Assembly (NCBI GenBank): GCA_965222605.1
Contig: OZ244960.1
Location: 6,240,001 to 6,304,000 of the forward strand
Direction of reading: 5' to 3'
DNA length: 64,000 nucleotides
Source: Candidatus Latescibacterota bacterium
GTDB taxonomy: Bacteria; Latescibacterota; UBA2968
Part shown: positions 57,592 to 64,000 of the stretch, in pieces
How the letters are laid out: each line of letters begins with the position of its first letter
Numbering within the stretch: position 1 is the stretch's first letter
Translations under genes and position numbers: made by a program
The notes under the pieces: generated by a model
Seen by the model: the letters and a program-made list of their open reading frames with translations, nothing else
The model's database searches: none
What the model was told of the DNA's origin: nothing

Positions 57592-59871
57592 ATGAATCAC
57601 TTATCAGGAAAACCATTGATCGAAAAACTCCCGTCATCCGTGGCAAAAAAGCTGCGTGCGGCGAAGCCCAATGGCGAGACCGTGCTGATGCAGGTAGCGA
57701 CGGATCTGGACGAGTCCCTGAATTATAACCCGCAGTGGGTGGTGGTGACCGATCAACAGGTGCTGGTAATTCCCGAATCGGGTGTGGATGGCACGCAGTC
57801 GATGGCGATTGGCGATGTGGAAGACGTGAAAGTGGAGGAGCGCGTTGGGTTGGGTGCCCTGGCGTTGACGCACAAAGCAGGACCAGAAATACAGGTACCG
57901 TATTCGCCATCTCTTACTGCCGTGTTTGCCGAAGTAGCCGATGGGATTCGGCAGTTGACGGATAATGAGCCGCTAACATTGCCCACAGAATTGGAGCAGA
58001 CGCACTGCGAGCATTGTGGTCATCGGTTGCCCGAAAAAAATGGGGTGTGTGCTGCGTGTTTGAAAAAGTGGCAGACATTTCGGCGCATTGTGGGTTATAT
58101 GGTCGCTTATCCCGCGCGCCTGGTTACAACCATAGTGCTGACGTTTGTCAGTGCTTTATTGACGCTGTTGCCGCCCAAAATTACAGAGTACGTGATTGAC
58201 GGTGTTTTGATAGCGGGCTGGGACGCGGTTGCGATTCCGTTTATTGCATCAACGGATCGCCTGAATCGATTGGGGCTGTTGATTTTAGGGCTTATTATTA
58301 TACGGCTTTTAATCTGGGTCGCCGATGTGGTTATGGCGGCTCTGAGTCGGTCATTGGGGTTGCGAGCTATCGGCGATTTGCGGGAAGATCTCTACCGCGC
58401 GTTTCAGATGGTACCCATTCGTTTTTACGATCGGCGAAAAGTCGGTGCGCTGACATCCCGTATGAATAATGATACAGACCGCCTGGAAGGAATCATGACG
58501 TATGAGTTTTATTATGTGTTTTCCAACAGTTTGTTATTTGTCGGTATTCTGGGATTTCTGGCGTGGATGAACTGGCAACTCACACTATTTGTGGTAGCAC
58601 CTATTCCGTTGATTGTGTTCGCCGGCACGAGGATCTGGTACCGCATTATGACATTCTGGACGCAGTGGTCGGGAAAGTGGGGCAGGCTATCGGCGCAGTT
58701 GAATGAGTCCATTCACGGTATTCGCGTGGTGAAAGCATTTGCACAGGAAGCAAAAGAGAGCGAGCGTTTTGACCAATACAACGAAGATCTGCGCGATGTG
58801 GACACCCGGGGCGAACGAGCCTGGTTTGTGTTTTTTACGGTGACAAATCTGTTGATGAACACTGGCGTGTTTTTTGTATGGTATTTTGGCGGAAGACAGA
58901 TTCTGGATGGTGAATTGACGCTGGGTGGGTTGATCGCATTTATGAGTTATCTCTGGATGTTGTACCAACCGCTGCGCTGGTTTGGCGATTTTTACAGTTA
59001 TATTTTGCGGGCATTTGCCGGCGCACAGCGCGTGTTCGAGGTGATCGATTTTGAACCCGAACCATACCAAAAACCCGATGCCGTGCGGCTGCCCAAAATT
59101 GGGGGTGGTTTGAAGTTCGAGTCCGTGTTCTTTGGTTATGATCCCGGCAAACCCGTGCTCAAGGGAGTTGATCTGGAAGTGAAGGCGGGCGAAATGATTG
59201 GGCTTGTGGGCAAGTCCGGTGCTGGCAAGTCAACGCTGATCAATCTGGTGTGTCGGTTCTACGACCCCGATCGCGGGCGCTTGCTGGTGGATGGCGTGCC
59301 GATGACCGATGTGAATTTGCGCGATTTGCGATCCCAAATCGGCATGGTGCATCAGCAGCCCTTTTTATTTGATGGCACGATTGCCGAAAATATCGCCTAT
59401 GGCAAACCCGACGCGACCTTTGACGAGGTGATGCGCGCCGCAATCGCAGCCGAAGCACACGAGTTCATCGTCAAAAAATCCGATGGTTATGACATGCGGG
59501 TGGGGGAAGGCGGCGGGCGTCTGTCGGGCGGGGAAAAACAGCGGGTGTCTATCGCGCGAGCGATTTTGCACAATCCGCGGATTCTCATTCTCGATGAAGC
59601 CACGTCTTCGCTGGATACGCCAACCGAGAAGAAGATTCAAACGGCGATTGCGCGTCTGGTAGAAGGGCGCACGACATTTGCCATTGCACACCGTTTGTCA
59701 ACCCTTCGCAGCGCGGATCGGCTCGTGGTTATGGATGAAGGCAATATCGCCGAAGTCGGTACACATCAAGAGTTGATGGACCGGGAGGGCATTTTTTACC
59801 GTCTGGTCAAGACACAGCAAGAGACGACGTTGGATATGTTTATGACTGCGGTGGGGATAGAGTTGGAGTAA
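57592..59871 (+). CDS. paralogous ABC exporter with N-terminal PH-like domain and Zn ribbon
   Basis: CEHC...CAAC, GKSGAGKS, LSGGEKQR, LILDEATS. Confidence 0.92.
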   Translation: MNHLSGKPLIEKLPSSVAKKLRAAKPNGETVLMQVATDLDESLNYNPQWVVVTDQQVLVIPESGVDGTQSMAIGDVEDVKVEERVGLGALALTHKAGPEIQVPYSPSLTAVFAEVADGIRQLTDNEPLTLPTELEQTHCEHCGHRLPEKNGVCAACLKKWQTFRRIVGYMVAYPARLVTTIVLTFVSALLTLLPPKITEYVIDGVLIAGWDAVAIPFIASTDRLNRLGLLILGLIIIRLLIWVADVVMAALSRSLGLRAIGDLREDLYRAFQMVPIRFYDRRKVGALTSRMNNDTDRLEGIMTYEFYYVFSNSLLFVGILGFLAWMNWQLTLFVVAPIPLIVFAGTRIWYRIMTFWTQWSGKWGRLSAQLNESIHGIRVVKAFAQEAKESERFDQYNEDLRDVDTRGERAWFVFFTVTNLLMNTGVFFVWYFGGRQILDGELTLGGLIAFMSYLWMLYQPLRWFGDFYSYILRAFAGAQRVFEVIDFEPEPYQKPDAVRLPKIGGGLKFESVFFGYDPGKPVLKGVDLEVKAGEMIGLVGKSGAGKSTLINLVCRFYDPDRGRLLVDGVPMTDVNLRDLRSQIGMVHQQPFLFDGTIAENIAYGKPDATFDEVMRAAIAAEAHEFIVKKSDGYDMRVGEGGGRLSGGEKQRVSIARAILHNPRILILDEATSSLDTPTEKKIQTAIARLVEGRTTFAIAHRLSTLRSADRLVVMDEGNIAEVGTHQELMDREGIFYRLVKTQQETTLDMFMTAVGIELE

Positions 59872-59886
59872 ATGGCAAAAGCAACT

Positions 59887-59961
59887 ACAGATGAACACGG
59901 ATGAACACAGATGAAAGGCGTGTGCGTAGGGGCAGTGCCCCTGTGCCTGCCCGTTTAAGAG
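59887..59961 (+). repeat. REP-like composite element, copy 2
   Basis: ACAGATGAACACGGATGAACACAGATGAAAGG..CGTAGGGGCAGTGCCCCTGTGCCTGCCC. Confidence 0.7.
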
Positions 59962-59982
59962 TAATTCTGATTGGAGATTTTG

Positions 59983-60552
59983 ATGGCTACGGATATGCTG
60001 GAGATGGAAGTGGAAGAGATTGAAGAAAATACAGAGGAATGGAAGCCGATACCAATTGAGATGGTGCATCCCGAATCGGTCGATCCGGGTAAGATCCGCT
60101 TGTTTAAGGAGCCGCAGTGGATTTTGCGGATGACGATTGAAGGGGATAGGTCCTATACTCGCGTGAAAGTAGTGCGGGCCGCGCCTTTGACAGAGCCAGA
60201 TCGCTATTTTTGTATTCTGGATATAAAGGATGAAGCGATCTGTATGATCAAAAATCTTTCTGATTTGCCACAAGAGAGCCAGGCTCTGGTGTATGAGGAA
60301 CTGGACAATCGATATTTGACGGCGGAGATCCAGAAGATCGTGGCGTTGCAAAATGAATATGGCGTGACGTACTGGACTGTCGATACCGACCGGGGCAGAC
60401 GCGATTTTGTAGCCAAGTCCGTGGCTGAAAACGCACAGTGGTTGGGAGACACGCGGTTGATGATTTTTGATGTGGATAACAATCGCTTTGAGGTACCCGA
60501 TATACGGGCGCTGGACCGCCGCAGCCAGGGGCTGTTGGAATCGGTTGTGTAA
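59983..60552 (+). CDS. DUF1854 domain protein
   Basis: VVRAAPLTEPDRY, EELDNRY...I.KI, YWTVDTDRG, FDVDNNRFEVPD...LDRRS. Confidence 0.85.
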   Translation: MATDMLEMEVEEIEENTEEWKPIPIEMVHPESVDPGKIRLFKEPQWILRMTIEGDRSYTRVKVVRAAPLTEPDRYFCILDIKDEAICMIKNLSDLPQESQALVYEELDNRYLTAEIQKIVALQNEYGVTYWTVDTDRGRRDFVAKSVAENAQWLGDTRLMIFDVDNNRFEVPDIRALDRRSQGLLESVV

Positions 60553-60578
60553 AAAAGATTTTAAGGGCAGTTTTTGTG

Positions 60579-60767
60579 TTGACAATGCGTGTTAATGTAA
60601 TATTCTATTAGGGTACTCTAAGACCCAATTAAGGCAGGAAGAAGCTGGAATTATTATTCTGTGCAACTTCCCGTTGGATCTCAAGTGTGCAACCTGTGGC
60701 ATTTGACTGGCATATTATGTGAAACAACCGAGTGCCATAGGTATTCTGGCACTCGGTTGTTTTTTTT
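60579..60767 (+). promoter_or_regulatory. promoter plus leader ending in a strong terminator (attenuator or sRNA candidate)
   Basis: TTGACA-16-TATTCT; AAACAACCGAGTGCCA-loop-TGGCACTCGGTTGTTT followed by a T-run. Confidence 0.5.
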
Positions 60768-60914
60768 GCGAAATGAGACAAACGTTTGTGTCACCTAAAG
60801 AAAAAAAGGAAAAAATACCCACAGGCATATGTTATGCCTGCAGGAACGGCGGAGGGCCTATATTGGGTTGGCAGACCTGTGGCGATCAGAACACAGATCG
60901 GGGAGGGAGATTGA

Positions 60915-62498
60915 ATGGCAAAACGCACAGAATCACCCACCCGTTTATGCCTTATACTCATTATCGCCAGTCTGCTGAGCCTACTGTTCTTGCTTTCCCC
61001 GTTTTCTCTTTCCTCACAAATGAGTAGCTTTTCCCTTTCTCTGGACCTGAATGGTTCTGAAGGCGATCAGGCTGTCCAGTCTCTTGATGTATTTCCCAAT
61101 CAAGTTATTTTCATTCAGATCTTTGGTAAAGATATTCAGAATGCGAACAGTTTTTCTCTTCGCTTTGAATACCATGCAATCCAGGTTGTTTACGAGGGGT
61201 TTGATACGGGCGATGTATGGCCCAATACCTCAGCACTCTTAGAGCAAGATTCGGGTTCTGTCGAGATCAATATTGCGTCTTCTGATGGATCTGCAATGGT
61301 CAACAGCGGTCTGATCGGCACACTGCGTTTTCGCACCACAGATGCGTTTTCGGGCACACAGATACGGTTGGTACGTGCCGTGCTTGGTCGGGGGGAACAA
61401 CCCGAGGCCGTAACCTTATCCGTCAGCGTTGCCCTACAGGTGGCTGCTCCCTCTTCCCTGGACATTGACGGGAATGGGTTTGTGGATTTTTCCGACTTTT
61501 TGGCGTTGGCGGGCACCTTTGGGTCAAATCGAGGCGATGCACGGTATGAAGGTCGGCTGGATCTGGATAGCAACGGATCTATTGAATTTTCAGATTTTCT
61601 CGAATTTGTTGGCGTATTCGGCAAAAAAGTATCACGTCCATTCTTGCCGGTCTGCGACCGCACCGCGCAAGTGCGCGACGCGATTGTGGCGGCAGTATCT
61701 GTAAGCACCTGTGGCGATGTGACAGAGGTGCATCTCGCTGCGATAGATTCTCTCCGTGTGGTTGGAACAAGCCTCTCAGAACTGCAAGCCGACGATTTTT
61801 CTGGTCTAACCGCTCTGACATGGCTCAACCTGAGGGGCAACCAACTGACCAGCCTGCCGGATCGCATCTTTGACAGCCTGACCGCCCTGACATGGCTCAA
61901 CCTGGGTAACAACCACCTCAGCACAATCCCACCCGAATTGGGCAACCTGTCCAATCTCACTTACCTGCATCTCGGCCGCAATCAATTGAGTGGTGAAATT
62001 CCTGTGACATTGGGCAACCTGAACAGTCTCACGTACCTGTCTCTTGGCGGTAATCAATTGCTTGGGGAGATTCCCGCGGCATTAGGTGGCCTGAACAGTC
62101 TCACGTACCTGTCTCTTAGTGATAATGAGTTAAGTGGAGAGATTCCATCCGAATTGGGCAATTTGTCCAGGATCACGAGTCTGTATCTTAGTGGCAATCA
62201 GTTGCGTGGGGAGATTCCCGCGGCATTGGGCAACCTGTCCAATCTTGAGCGGCTAGGTCTTAACAACAATCAGTTGCGTGGAGAGATTCCATCCGAATTG
62301 AGCAGGCTGACCAATCTCACTGGCCTGTGGCTTAGCGACAATCCGTTGCGTGGTGCCCTTCCTCAGAGCTTGACAGAGCTGACAAAACTAAAGGAACTTC
62401 ACTTTGGGGGCGGGGGGCTATGTGCGCCGCTTGATGCTGCCTTTCAAGCATGGCTTCAGGGCATTGCAAATACCAATGGCTCGAATTGCTCTGGATAG
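60915..62498 (+). CDS. secreted cohesin-like + dockerin/EF-hand + leucine-rich repeat protein
   Basis: Signal peptide; DIDGNGFVDFSDF and DLDSNGSIEFSDF; about 8 24-aa repeats LTYLSLxxNQLxGEIPxxLGNL. Confidence 0.88.
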   Translation: MAKRTESPTRLCLILIIASLLSLLFLLSPFSLSSQMSSFSLSLDLNGSEGDQAVQSLDVFPNQVIFIQIFGKDIQNANSFSLRFEYHAIQVVYEGFDTGDVWPNTSALLEQDSGSVEINIASSDGSAMVNSGLIGTLRFRTTDAFSGTQIRLVRAVLGRGEQPEAVTLSVSVALQVAAPSSLDIDGNGFVDFSDFLALAGTFGSNRGDARYEGRLDLDSNGSIEFSDFLEFVGVFGKKVSRPFLPVCDRTAQVRDAIVAAVSVSTCGDVTEVHLAAIDSLRVVGTSLSELQADDFSGLTALTWLNLRGNQLTSLPDRIFDSLTALTWLNLGNNHLSTIPPELGNLSNLTYLHLGRNQLSGEIPVTLGNLNSLTYLSLGGNQLLGEIPAALGGLNSLTYLSLSDNELSGEIPSELGNLSRITSLYLSGNQLRGEIPAALGNLSNLERLGLNNNQLRGEIPSELSRLTNLTGLWLSDNPLRGALPQSLTELTKLKELHFGGGGLCAPLDAAFQAWLQGIANTNGSNCSG

Positions 62499-62501
62499 GC
62501 G

Positions 62502-62592
62502 TCACTCGGGCGGATAAGGCGGATGTGTTGGTGGCATAGTGGGTCTCCTTTCTAACTGCTGATAAGGTACCCACCGAAACGGGTCAAGTCCA
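62502..62592 (-). mobile_element. IS3-family left-end remnant
   Basis: Minus strand: TG-initiated end TGGACTTGACCCGTTTCGGTGG, RBS AGAAAGGAG, MPPTHPPYPPE* (OrfA-like start, truncated). Confidence 0.6.
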
Positions 62593-62624
62593 CGAATTAA
62601 ACCATTAGTTTTTCATATCATTTG

Positions 62625-62670
62625 AAAAAGCCCGACTTGAACAGAAAAGCCGGGCTTTTTCTTTTTTTTT
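62625..62670. terminator. intrinsic terminator
   Basis: AAAAAGCCCG.CTT...AAG.CGGGCTTTT followed by a T-run. Confidence 0.65.
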
Positions 62671-62720
62671 ATGCTATTTAATTTGAGAAATAGCTGTTTT
62701 CCTCTTGTTGGGCAATCGCG

Positions 62721-62908
62721 TCACTCTGTTGAATATAGCCTGCGTCTAAATTCATCGAGATTGGACACCTGTATCGCCGCGCGGAGCAACTGCTTGAGGC
62801 GTTGCAAGTCATCGATGGCGGCAATGCGAGCAGATAGAGGGTCTGTCTCGCGGAGATCAATCGAATCTCCAATACTTCCCGGATACTTTCCTGAATACCT
62901 TGTTCAAT
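62721..62908 (-). pseudogene. C-terminal remnant of an Rpn/DUF4351-like protein
   Basis: IEQGIQESIREVLEIR, then frameshift, then DLRETDPLSARIAAIDDLQRLKQLLRAAIQVSNLDEFRRRL. Confidence 0.55.
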
Positions 62909-63046
62909 GAGGCGTTAAGCGGTTTTGACCAGTTCTTTCTTGACAAGTACTCGCTTAATGCCATATCCTGATCACGGCATGGGCATCATGACGGTTTGCA
63001 ATGCCAATCAGGTCGCTTGGGAAGCTTTTTATATGGTGAGGATACT

Positions 63047-64000
63047 ATGAGCCTGACAAAATTGAAGCTAAAACAATTTACCGCGTTTTCAGAGTTAGAC
63101 CTGACACTTTCCCCCGGCATTAATGTTTTTATGGGTGGAAACAGCACGGGCAAGACCCATCTTATGAAGGTTTGTTATGCGGCGTGTGACGTCGCTAAAA
63201 CGGGTGATCCATTCGCAGAGAAGTTGATTCGGGTATTTCTTCCATCGGGCCGCGCTTTGGGGCGCCTGGTCAAACGCCAAAGGGGGCGGAACAGAGGCGT
63301 TGTAGAAGTATGTCGCGGCAATCGGAAACTGCGAGCTTCGTTTTCTACCTACAGCAAGGTAGCGGATTCCGCCACGATAACAGGTGCCAACCGCTGGACA
63401 GATTCATCATTGGAGAGCGTCTATATTCCGGTTAAGGAAATGCTTGCCAATGCACCCGGGTTCTCTTCGCTTTATGCGAGACGCGAAATCCACTTTGAAG
63501 AAGTCTATGCGGATATTCTGGATCGTGCCTATCTTCCGGTACGGCGTGGTCCTATGGACAGGCTTCGCAAGCGTCTGCTCGTCATTCTGCAAAAGGCCAT
63601 GGACGGGAAGGTCGCAGTTAATAATGACGAATTTTTCCTGCGTAATAGACGGGGAAATCTCGAGTTTTCTCTGCTCGCAGAGGGAATGCGTAAACTGGGT
63701 CTATTGTGGATTTTGATACAGAACCAGGTCTTGCAGAAAGACTCAGTGCTGTTTTGGGATGAGCCTGAGACCAACCTGAACCCAAAGTTGTTTGGCACAT
63801 TGATGAACGTCCTGCTGGAATTACAGCGCGCTGGCGTTCAAATATTCTTCGCTACTCATGATTACGTCATCCTCAAAGAGCTTGACCTACGAAAAAAAGA
63901 TGATGATGCAGTGGCTTTCCATTCGCTATATCGAGATGAGGCAGGTGAAGTAGCTTGCCACACGACAAATAACTATCCCGATATCCATCCCAATGCGATT
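63047..64000 (+). CDS. AAA_15/AAA_21 ABC-like ATPase (partial, runs off the window)
   Basis: MSLTKLKLKQFTAF, GGNSTGKT, LLAEGMRK, LFWDEPETNLNP, FATHDY in one frame. Confidence 0.85.
   Translation, partial: MSLTKLKLKQFTAFSELDLTLSPGINVFMGGNSTGKTHLMKVCYAACDVAKTGDPFAEKLIRVFLPSGRALGRLVKRQRGRNRGVVEVCRGNRKLRASFSTYSKVADSATITGANRWTDSSLESVYIPVKEMLANAPGFSSLYARREIHFEEVYADILDRAYLPVRRGPMDRLRKRLLVILQKAMDGKVAVNNDEFFLRNRRGNLEFSLLAEGMRKLGLLWILIQNQVLQKDSVLFWDEPETNLNPKLFGTLMNVLLELQRAGVQIFFATHDYVILKELDLRKKDDDAVAFHSLYRDEAGEVACHTTNNYPDIHPNAI

Noticed and set aside
1-64000. CRISPR array or cas genes
   Set aside because: No regularly spaced repeat-spacer series or cas motifs; the periodic repeats are coding (LRR, tamB).

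Overview
Bacterial chromosomal window of moderate GC. A secreted cohesin/dockerin-like LRR protein and many decaying TA/AAA-ATPase modules suggest a host-associated, possibly sponge-symbiont-type bacterium (inference only). The core backbone comprises phnX plus a divergent Fe-ADH, a sulfatase-like gene, an rsmC-like MTase, a xanthine-dehydrogenase-family Mo-hydroxylase operon, udg, hpt, mutL-miaA-tRNA-Gly(CCC), MFS, TauE, metH, pyk, tamA/tamB, an AsnB-like gene, DUF362, an Sfp PPTase and two Zn-ribbon ABC exporters plus DUF1854. A ~17 kb accessory/defence island lies between metH and pyk (27.3-44.1 kb). It holds an Avs-like STAND NTPase, a TIR-like chimera, orphan AAA ATPases, TA remnants and nested direct/inverted repeats. 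The best candidate for an undescribed system is a translationally coupled three-gene operon in this island (32995-38289): a free-standing two-motif LAGLIDADG-like nuclease, an unknown alpha-helical protein and a tandem double N4-cytosine-type DNA methyltransferase. Also notable are a MutL whose three endonuclease/Zn motifs are all degenerate and a phnX/phosphonoacetaldehyde-reductase-like pair without phnW. All family calls come from motif recognition by eye; no searches were run.
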